Below, piece by piece: positions 1 to 12,000 of a stretch of 64,000 bases of DNA. Origin of the DNA: Antedon mediterranea (taxonomy: Eukaryota > Animalia > Echinodermata). The stretch is from contig NC_092676.1 of NCBI RefSeq assembly GCF_964355755.1, forward strand, positions 11,385,888-11,449,887. Direction: 5' to 3'. A program made the position numbers and the translations under genes. The notes beneath the pieces are model-generated. The model was not told the DNA's origin. It saw nothing but the letters and a program-made list of their open reading frames with translations, and did not search any database. The number at the start of each line of letters is the position of its first letter. Positions within the stretch are counted from its first letter, which is position 1.

Positions 1-3000
1 TTCACAAGAAGTTACGCGCGCACGCGCATTTAAAATTTCAAAATGCGCAAAATTAATTTCTAATCAACTTTTTACGCGTTTCATGTCACTTTGAGCATGT
101 CAAAAATTCCCACGGGCGCGCAATTTTTTACGCACGCGGTGCGCACGTAGCGATAAAAACATATTTTTTTCTCTTGAATTATATTTTTCAAGCCTTTCCT
201 AGTAATTTTGAAAACAATTTAGACCTTTTCCAGTTTAAATAACGCCATACGAACACGTTGAATTAGACAATTTGTGCGCGTTTTTTATGAAAAAGCTTAA
301 AAAATCATCAAAATAATGTCTTTTTTTAAACAGTCATAGTTTCTAAAGTAAACCGTGAACCGGTTATTTTTATTACAAAATCTAGAAGTTGATGAGTTGC
401 AGATATCGGATCATGCATCGATAAGGCTAAAAAAACATTGTGACGTAATCGTTTGGCCACACGAATGTAAAATATAGGATTTTTGTCTGTTTCGTTATTG
501 CTCATCACATTCAATGGAGCGCATCACGCTTATCTGTATTCCTTTTTCTCCTATATTTATATATTGTTTAGGTCAATCAACTTTCTTTAGCATGAGATAA
601 AAATATTTAAATTTTTATAACGTCATCATGCCTAAAAATTTTAATTACTTGGGTCATTAATTTCATCTTTACAGTAAATTTTAATCTGTAATACCTCGTA
701 AGAATAAAATGTGATAATCACGATTAAAACGTTTTCTGGAAGCTATAGGATTGTAGATACGTACGAATTCATGTAAACATTTTGCCAATCGGATGTTGTG
801 ACGTCATCATATTGCCAGTTGAATAAAAAAAGTCGTATTTTCATATTTTGCGTAATAGTTCATCACATTTAAATGTGCGCGCACCAACATTTTACGTATT
901 CAAATTTCTTCTACACGTTAATATGTTGTTGCTAAGATAATTTTCTTCAGAAATTGCTATCGTTGTGTTGTTTTTTTTATGACGTCATCATGTTAAATAT
1001 TTGAATTAAAGGCAGGTCCATTAATTCAGTTAATATGTCATATAATATACAGTAGTACAATGTACACCAGCATAGTCTCTGATGTGAGCAAATTGTTGTT
1101 TGCCGCCCTCTGTATCATGTAGAATTAATGTCTCCTTTTATACACAGTGTACTGTATAATTATAATACAAGGCGAAAATACAGGACCACCTCTTATAGTT
1201 TTTAACGTATGACGTGCACGTGGCATCTGTCGTGCGGATAACTAACTCGTCAAAGTGACGAGTTTCATGTCTAGTTGGTTATCCGCAACGAAGTTGCAGG
1301 ATAACCTCTTGTGATTGTACGAAATCATCAACATCAACTTTTTATTTTTTGGTTATCCGCAACGAAGTTGCAGGATAACCTCTTGTGATTGTACGAAATC
1401 ATCATCAACATCTTTTTTAGTTATCCGCATTGAGCGGATAACTCCTTGTTATTGTCCAGATTCTTTTTGGTTATCCGCAACTTAGTTGCAGGATAACCCA
1501 TGTGATTGTAAATATCTTTTTTGGTTATCCGCACTTGGCGGATAACCTCTTGTTATTGTCAGGATCTTTTTTTTTTTTTTTTTTTTTCTTTATTCTTCTT
1601 TCTTTCCACGAATTTTGTTCGCAGCGTATCTCTAATTCTGGCCAACATATGATTGTATAACTTTGTCAAAAGGTTGCCCTGTAGCTGTAGATGTGCAAGA
1701 AACTTTTTTTTAAAAATTTCGAGTCGCGCAGCGTAAGTTACGCGCGATTTTATGAATTTCAATGATTGATCATAGAATAAAAACTAATAATCATTTTGTA
1801 TTGAAACTTGGAGAAACTTTAAGTGATATCATGCGCAAAGTTTCTATGGATTGAAAATGGCATGTTTCAAAAAAAGTTACGCGCGCACGCGCGTTTAAAA
1901 TTTCAAAATGCGTAAAATTAATTTCTAATCAACTTTCTACGCGTTTCAGGTCATTTTGAACATTTCAAAAATTCCCACGCGTGCGCAATTTTTTTACGCG
2001 CGCGTGCGCTTTTAGCGCAAAAACATCTTCTTTTTGCTTGATTTTTGTTTTTTCAGCCTTTTCTAGTAAATTTACCAATTTTCAATCAATTTCAACTTAA
2101 AATTACGTCATACGAGCACGTAGAATTGAACAATTTGTGCGCGTTTTTGATGAAAAAGTTCAACAATTCGTGAAAAGTATGCCTTTTTTAAAACAGTCAT
2201 AGATTCTAAACTCCATGGTGAACTTTTTTAAAATTTCAGATTCTGGAAGTAGATGAGTTGTATTTCTCGAATCATGCATCGATATGGCTAACCGGACATT
2301 GTGACGTCATCATATGGCCACTCGAATATAAAATATAGGATTTTTGTCTCTTTCGCATAGCTCATCACATTTAATAGAGCGCATCTCCACTTATCCGTAT
2401 TCCATTTCCCGCCATTTTGTTATATTGTCTAGGCCAATCAATTATCTTTCGCATAATCTACCATTTTTTAAATTGTGATGACGTCATCATGTCCAAAAGC
2501 GTCAATAACTTTGGTCTCTTATTTTCACCTATTCTGCACTGTATGTAGTACGTATACAGAATATAGCGTATACCGTATATACTTTGACGCGACGCAAAAT
2601 TGAGAGCGCACTAACATTATTTCAATGGCGTAATCGTATTTCTGCGCGCAATATTCTAACGTATGACGTGCACGTGGCATTTGCGCTGCGGATAACCTAA
2701 CTCGTCCGTAGTGACGAGTTCAAATCTAGTTTTTCATCATCTTTGTTCTTCTTTCTTTTCCTGATTTTTGTGAGCAGCATATCCCCTATTGCTTGTGAAT
2801 ATATCTTTTGTATAACTTTGTCATTATATGGACATTTATCTGAAGTTGTGCACCTCCATATTTTGAATGACGTCAGAGTTGCGCAACGTGACTTACGCGC
2901 GATTTTATGAATTTCAATGATTGATCATAAGATAAAAAATGAAAGTCATTTTGTATTGACATTTGGTGAATATTTAAGTCATATCAAAGGCAAACTTTCT

Positions 3001-6000
3001 ATGGATTAAAAATGGCATGTTTTACAAGAAGTTACGCGCGCACGCGCATTTAAAGTTTCAAAATGCGCAAAATTAATTTCTAATCAACTTTCTGCGGTGA
3101 TCATGACATTTTGAGCATGTCAAAAATTACCGCGCACGCGAAAAATTTTACACGTAAGGTGCGCACGGAGCATGAAAAATATGTTTTTTTCTCTTGAATT
3201 GTGATTTTCCAGCATTTCCTAGTCATTTAAAAAAGGATTGGCATCATTGCAAATTAAAATGACGTCATACGAACACGTTGATTTATACCAATTGCGCCCG
3301 TTTTAGTTGAAAAAGTTATAAAATATTGTCAAAATAATGCCTATTTTGAATCTATTATAGCTCTTCAGGATCAATGGTGACCCCCAATTGTTTTAACTTA
3401 TTATGTAAGAAGATAAATTGTAGATATGAATTCATACAAAATTTTTACCTCTCGGATGTTATGACGTCATCGTATGGCCACACGAATAAAAAAAATATAG
3501 GATTTTTGTCTTTTTCGTTATTGCTCATCACATTCAACAGAGCGCATCTTGCTTATACGTATTCCATTTCCCCCAAGATTTTAATATTGTCTACGTCAAT
3601 CAACTATCTTTCAAATGAGTTAAAAATATTTTAATTTTTTTGACGTCATCATGTCTTAAAATGTAAATAACGTGGGTCACTTATTTTCATCTTTACAGAA
3701 AATTTCAATCTGTTATAGCTCGTCAGAATAAAAAGTGATAATCATGATTAAAATGTTTTCTGGAAGGTATTAGATTGTAGATATGAATTCATGTCAATAT
3801 TTTGCCAATCAGATGTTGTGATGTCATCATATGGCCAATTAAATTCAAAAAGTCATATTTTCATCTCTTGCGTAAAAGTTCATTGCGTTTAAACGAGAGC
3901 GCATTTCACTTTCACGTGCCCAAAATTCTTCAAATTTGTATTAATGTAATTATTTAGATAAATATCTTCTAAAATTGTTATCTTTATATGCCAATTTGAT
4001 AACGTCATCGTGTTAATAATTGGATTTAAAAGATGGGTCTCGTAATTTCGTCTATGCTACACTGTATATAACATACAGTGTATTCTGTAAACACTTTAAT
4101 ATGCTGTATGCTACAAAATAGGTACAATTCAGCACTGTAAACATTCTTAATTAATGTCATAGGATGGCATAATAATTGTCGAAGTTCATATAGTTTAAAG
4201 TATGTGCATGTTGCGTTTGCGCGGATAACCCGAACTCGTCAAAGTGACGAGTTCAAATCTAGTTCTATGTTATTAGTTATCCGCATAGTAGCGGATAACT
4301 CCTTGTAATCGTCCTGTTACTTTTTTTAGTTATCCGCTTAGTAGCGGATAACTCCTTGTAACTGTATGAAATCATCTTTTTTTTTTTTTTCTGTATTATT
4401 CTTTCTTTCTGTCAATTTTGTGTCTCGCGTATCTCAAAAACTTGTAAACAAAACATTTTATAACTTTCTCAACATGTGGGCATTCACGTGAAATTGTGCA
4501 CCTCCTATTGTGAATGACGTCAGAATTGCGCAACGTGATTTACGCGCGTTTTAACGAATTTCGCGTATTTAACATAGATCGAAAACCATATAGCAATTTA
4601 AATTGAAACTTAACAAAAGTTTAATTTATATCTTGCGCTAACTGACTGTGGAAAAAAAATGGCATGTTTCACACGAAGTTACGCGCGCACGGGCGTTTAA
4701 AATTTCAAATTGCGAAAAATCAATTTCTAATCAACTTTCTACGCGTTTCATGTCATTTTGAGCATGTCAAAAATTCCCACGCGCGCGTATATTTTTACTC
4801 GCACGGTGCGCACGTAGCGTTGAAAATAAAAAAATTTTCGCGTGATTCATGTTTTTCCAGCCTTTTCTAGTAATTTTACCAACTTTTTAACAATTTTGAC
4901 CTAAAATTACGTCATACGGGCACATCCAATTGGATAATTTACGTGCGTTTTTTATGAAAAAGTTCAAAAATTTGTCAAAATTCGTCAAAATTATGCCTTT
5001 TTTTAAACATTCATAGATTCTAAACTACGAGGTGAACTTTTTTTAAATTATATATTCTGGAAGTTGATGAGTTGTAGATATGGAATCATGCATTAATATG
5101 GCTAATCGGAAATTATAACGTCATCGTATGGCCACGCGAATATAAAATATAGGATTTTTATATCTTTCGTCATAGCGCATCACATTTAATAGAGCGTATC
5201 TCCACTTATACGTTTTTTATTTTCACCCCGATTTTGATATTGTCTAGGTGAATGAACTATCTTTCGCATGAGTTAAAAATATTTTAATTTTTATGACGTC
5301 ATCATGTCGAAAATTGTAAATAATGTGGGTCACTTATTTTCATCTTTACAGTAAATTTCAATCTGTTATAGCTCATCAGAATAAAAAGCGATAATCATGA
5401 TTAAAACGTTTTCTGGAAGCTATGGGATTGTAGATACGAATTCATGTAAACATTTTGCCAACCGGATGTTGTGACGTCATCATATGGCCAGTTGAATAAA
5501 AAAAGGCGTATTTTCATATTTTGCGTAATAGTTCATCACATTTAAAAGGGCGCGCATCTATATTTTACGTATTCAAATTTCTTCTACACGTTAATATATG
5601 GTTGCTGAGATAATGTCCTTCCGAAATTGCTATCTTAGTGTTTCATTTTGATACTGTCGCCATGTTAAAAATAAGAATAAACGGGGGGTCTCGTAATGTC
5701 ACCTATTCTACACTGTATGTAACATGTATACAGATTATACCGTTTGCACTGTATATACTATATGACACAAAATTGACAGAATTCAGCACTAACAGCATAT
5801 GATATTCTTCAGTTCAGGTCATAATGCCATAATCTTTTTCCGTGTGCAAAATTCCAACGTATGACGTGCGCGTGGCGTTTGTCGTGCGGATAACTAACTC
5901 GTCAAAGTGACGAGTTCAAGTCTAGTTAGTTATCCGCACTTGGCGGATAACTCCTTGTTATTGTATGGGATCAATATTTTTTTCTGTATTATTAGTTATC

Positions 6001-9000
6001 CGCATTGAGCGGATAACTCCTTGTTATTGTCCAGATTCTTTTACTATGTTATTAGTTATCCGCATTGAGCGGATAACTCCTTGTAACCGTCCTGGATCTT
6101 TTTTTTCTTTATATTATTCTTCTTTCTTTCTCCTCCATTTTTGTGTCTCGCGTATCTCAAAAACTTGTAAACATAATATTTCATAACTTTGTCATCATAT
6201 GGACATTTACGTGAAGTTGTGCACCTCCTATTTTTGAATGACGTCAGAGTTGCGCAACGTGACTTACGCGCGATTTTATAAATTACAATGATTTATCATA
6301 CGATAAAAACTAAAAGTGATTATTAGTTGAAACTTGGTGTAAGGTTAATTCCTATCAAGGGTCAACTTTTTGTGTACTAAAAATGCCATGTTTTACAAGA
6401 ACTTACGCGCGCACGTGCATTTCTCCTCCATTTTTGTGTCTCGCGTATCTCAAAAACTTGTAAACAAAACATTTCATAACTTTGGCAACATATGGGCATT
6501 CACGTGAAGTTGTGCACCTCCTATTGTGAATGACGTCAGAAATGCGCAACGTGACTTACGCGCGATTCTATGAATTTCGCGTATTTAACATAGATTGAAA
6601 ACCATATAACAATTTAAATTGAAACTTAGCAAAAGTTTAATTTATATCTTGCGCTAAGTTTTTGTGCACTAAAAATGGCATGTTATAGACGAAGTTACGC
6701 GCGCACGCGCATTTAAAATTTTGAAATGCGAAAAATCAATTTCTAATCAACTTTCTACACGTTTCTTGTCATTTTGAGCATATCAAAAATTCCCACGTGC
6801 GCGCAAATTTGTATACGCGCTGTTCGCACGTATCGTTAAAAATATACTTTTTTGCATGATTTATGTTTTTCTAGCCTTTTCTAGTAATTTTACTAACTTT
6901 TAAACAATTTCGACTTAAAATTACATCATACGAGCACGTCGAATTGGATAATTTGCGCACGTTTTTGATAAAAAAGTTCAAAAATTCGTCAAAATTATGC
7001 CTTTTTTTAAACAGTTGTAGTTTCTGAACTAAACGGTTAAAATTATTTTTATTCCATATTCTGGAAGTAGATAAGTTGTAGATATCGGATCATGCATTAT
7101 TATGGCTAACCGGACATTGTGACATCATCGTATGGCCATCCGAATATAAAATATAGGATTTTTGTATCTTTCGTCATAGCTTATCACATTTAATAGAGCG
7201 CATCTCCACTTATCCGTATACCATTTTCTCCGAGATTTTAATATTGTGTAGGTCAATCAACTACCTTTCGCATGAGTTAAAAATATTTTAATTTTTATGA
7301 CGTCATCATGACTAAACATTTAAATTACGTGGGTCATTAATTTCATCTTTACAGTAAATTTTAATCTGTTATAGCTCGTACGAATGAAATGTGATAATCA
7401 CGATTAAAACGTTTTCTGGAAGCTATTGAATTGTAGATAAGAAATCATGTGAACATTTTGCCAATCGGATGTTGTGACGTCATCATATGGCCAGTTAAAT
7501 AAAAAATATCGTATTTTCATCTTTTGCGTAATAGTTCATCACATTTAAAAGGACGCACATCAATATTTCACATATTCAAATTTCTTCTACACGCTAATAT
7601 GTTCTTGCTGATATCATTTCATTCCGAATTTGCTATCTTAGTGTTTCATTTTGATACCGTCGCCATGTTAAAAATTGGAATAAATAGCGGGTCCCGTAAT
7701 TTAACCTATTCTACACTGTATGTGATATGTATACAGATTATACTGTGTATACTATATAACACAAAATAACAGAATTCAGCAATAAAAACATATCATATTC
7801 TTCAGTTCAGGTCATAACGCCATAATCTTTTTTCTGTGTGCGTGCACGTGGCGTTTGACGTGCGGATAACTAACTCGTCAAAGTGACGAGTTTCATGTCT
7901 AGTTCTTCTGTCTTTCTTCCTTTTTTTGTGAGCCCTGTTTCTCTAAAATGTGTGAACAGAACATATCATAACTTTGTCAACATATAGATATTTACGTGAA
8001 GTTGTGCACCTCCTATTTTTGAAAAACGTCAGAGTTGCGCAACGTGACTTGCGCGCAATTTTATGAATTTAAATGATTGATCATAGATTAAAAACCGAAA
8101 GTCATTTTGTATTGAGACTTGGTGAAAATTTAATTCATATCAAGAGTCAACTTTCTGTGGATTAAAAATGGCATGTTTCACACAAAGTTACGCGTGCACG
8201 CGCATTTAAAATTTTAAAATGCGAAAAATCAATTTCTAATCAACTTTCTACGCATTTCTTGTCATTTTGAGTATGTCAAAAATTCCCACACGTGCGCAAA
8301 TTTTTACGCGCGAGGGGCGCACGTAGCTTTAAAAACATACTTTTTTCGCGTGATTTATGTTTTTCCAGCCTTTTCTAGTAATTTTACCAACTTTTAAACA
8401 ATTTCGACTTAAAATTACGTCATTACGAGCACGTCGAATTGAATAATTTGCGCGCGTATTTGATCAAAAAGCTAAAAAAATCGTCAAAATTATGCCTTTT
8501 TTTAAACAGTCGTAGTTTCTAAACTAAACGGTGAAAGTTATTTTTATTACATATTCTGGAAGTTGATGAGTTGTAGATATCAAATCATACATTAATATGG
8601 CTAACAGGACATTTTGACGTCATCGTATGGCCACGCGAATATAAAATATAGGATTTTTGTCTCTTTCGTTATTGCTCATCACATTCAATGGAGCGCATCA
8701 CGCTTATCCGTATTCCATTTTCTCCGAGATTTTAATATTGTCTAGGTCAATCAACTACCTTTCGTATGAGTTAAAAATATTTTAATATTTGTAACGTCAT
8801 CATGCCTAAAAATGTTAATTACTTGGGTCATTAATTTCATCTTTACAGTAAATTTTAATCTGTTATCGCTCGTAAGCGGATAACTCCTTGTTATTGTCCA
8901 GATTCTTTTACTATGTTATTAGTTATCCGCATTGAGCGGATAACTCCTTGTAACCGTCCTGGATCTTTTTTTTCTTTATATTATTCTTCTTTCTTTCTCC

Positions 9001-12000
9001 TCCATTTTTGTGTCTCGCGTATCTCAAAAACTTGTAAACATAATATTTCATAACTTTGTCATCATATGGACATTTACGTGAAGTTGTGCACCTCCTATTT
9101 TTGAATGACGTCAGAGTTGCGCAACGTGACTTACGCGCGATTTTATAAATTACAATGATTTATCATACGATAAAAACTAAAAGTGATTATTAGTTGAAAC
9201 TTGGTGTAAGGTTAATTCTTATCAAGGGTCAACTTTTTGTGTACTAAAAATGCCATGTTTTACAAGAACTTACGCGCTTTTAAACAATTTCGACTTAAAA
9301 TTACGTCATTACGAGCACGTCGAATTGAATAATTTGCGCGCGTATTTGATCAAAAAGCTAAAAAAATCGTCAAAATTATGCCTTTTTTTAAACAGTCGTA
9401 GTTTCTAAACTAAACGGTGAAAGTTATTTTTATTACATATTCTGGAAGTTGATGAGTTGTAGATATCAAATCATACATTAATATGGCTAACAGGACATTT
9501 TGACGTCATCGTATGGCCACGCGAATATAAAATATAGGATTTTTGTCTCTTTCGTTATTGCTCATCACATTCAATGGAGCGCATCACGCTTATCCGTATT
9601 CCATTTTCTCCGAGATTTTAATATTGTCTAGGTCAATCAACTACCTTTCGTATGAGTTAAAAATATTTTAATATTTGTAACGTCATCATGCCTAAAAATG
9701 TTAATTACTTGGGTCATTAATTTCATCTTTACAGTAAATTTTAATCTGTTATCGCTCGTAAGAACAAAATGGGATAATCACGATTAAAATGTTTTCTGGA
9801 AGCTATTGGATTGTAGATACGAAATCATGTAAACATTTTGCCAATCGGATGTTGTGACGTCATCATATGGCCAGTTAAATAAAAAAAGTCGTATTTTCAT
9901 CTTTTGCGTCATAGTTCATTACATTTAAAAGAGCGCGCATCAATATTTCACGTGTTCAAATTTCTTCTACACGTTAATATGTTGTTGCTGAGATAATTTC
10001 CTTCCGAAATTGCTACATTCGCGTTTCATTTTGAAACCGTCAATATGTTAAAAATTTGAATAAATAGCGGGTCCCGTAATTTCACCTATTCTACACTGTA
10101 TGTGATATGTATACAGATTATACTGTGTATACTATATGACACAAAATAACAGAATTCAGCAATAAAAACATATCATATTCTTCAGTTCAGGTCACAATGC
10201 CATAATCTTTTTCCGTGTGCAATATTCCAACGTATGACGTGCACGTGGCGTTTGTCGTGCGGATAACTAACTCGTCAAAGTGACGAGTTTTATGTCTAGT
10301 TAGTTATCCGCATTGAGCGGATAACTCCTTGTAACTGTCCTGTTACTTTTTTTAGTTATCCGCATTGAGCGGATAACTCCTTGTAACTGTCCTGTTTCAT
10401 CATCTTTTTTTTTTTTTTTTTTCTGTATTTAGTTATCCGCATTGAGCGGATAACTCCTTGTAACTGTCCTGTTTCATCATCTTTTTTTTTTTTTTTTTTT
10501 TTTTCTGTATTCTTCTTTCTTTCTGTCATTTTTGTGTCTCGCGTAACTCAAAAACGTGTAAGCATAACATTTCATAACTTTGTCAACATGTGGGCATTTA
10601 CATGAAATTGTGCACCTCCTATTTTTGAATGACGTCAGAGTTGCGCAACATGACTTATGCGCGTTTTTCCGAATTTCGCGTATTTAACATAGATCGAAAA
10701 CCATATAACAATTTAAATTGAAACTGAAAAAAAGTTTAAGTTATATCTTGCGCTAACTGACTATGGGGAAAAATGGCATGTTTCACACGAAGTTACGCGC
10801 GCACGCGCGTTTAAAATTTCAAATTGCGAAAAATCAATTTCTAATCAACTTTCTACGCGTTTCATGTCATTTTAAGCATGTAAAAAATTCCCACGCGCGC
10901 GCTTTTTTTTACGCGCGCGGTGCGAACGTAGCGTTGAAAACAATTTTTCTCTCGTGATTTATGTTTTCAAGCCTTTTATAGTAATTTTACCAACTTTGAA
11001 ACAATTTCGACTTCAAATTACGTCATACGGGCACGTCGAATTGGATAATGTATGTGCGTTTTTGAGGAAAAAGTTCAAAAATTTGTCAAAATTATACCTT
11101 TTTTTAAACAATCATAGATTCTAAACTACGAGGTGAACTTTGTTTAAATTACATATCCAGGAAGATGATAAGTTGTAGATAAGGAATCATGCATTGATAT
11201 GGCAAACCGGACATTGTGACGTCATCGTATGGCCACGCGAATATAAAATATAGGATTTTTGTATCTTTCTTCATAGCGCATCTCATTTAATAGAGCGCCT
11301 CTCCACTTATCCGTATTCCATTTTAACCCAGATTTTGAAATTTTCTAGGTCAATCAACTATCTTACGCATGAGTAAAAATTTTTAAAATTTTTATGACGT
11401 CATCATGTCTAAAAATGTAAATAACGTGGGTCACTTATATTTATCTTTACAGTAAATTTTAATCTGTTATAGCTCATCAGAATAAAATGTGATAATCACG
11501 ATTAAAACGTTTTCTGGAAGCTATTGGATTGTAGATACGAATTCATGTAAACATTTTGCCAATCGGATGTTGTGACGTCATCATATGGCCAGTTGAATAA
11601 AAAAAGACGTATTTTCATATTTTGCGTAATAGTTCATTACATTTAAAAGGGTGCGCATCTATATTTTACGCATTCAAATTTCTTCTACACGTTAATATGT
11701 TGTTGCTGAGATAATTTCCTTCTGAAATTGCTATCTAAGTGTTTCATTTTGATACCGTCGCCATGTTAAAAATTTGAATAAATGACGGGTCCCGTAATTT
11801 CACCTATTCTACACTGTATGTAATATGTATACAGATTATACTGTTTGCATGTATATACTATATGACACAAAATTGACAGAATTCAGCACTAACAGCATAT
11901 CATATTCTTCAGTTCTTGTCATAATGCCATAATATTTATCTGTGTGCAATATTCCAACGTATGACGTGCACGTGGCGTTTGTCGTGGTGCGGATAACTAA

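Noticed and set aside
1244-1275. Rho-independent terminators (hairpin + T run)
   Set aside because: These are Helitron-type 3' hairpins in eukaryotic DNA.
1275-1560. CRISPR-like palindromic repeats with spacers
   Set aside because: Eukaryotic context, no cas genes; the 'spacers' are homologous to each other and are stacked element heads.
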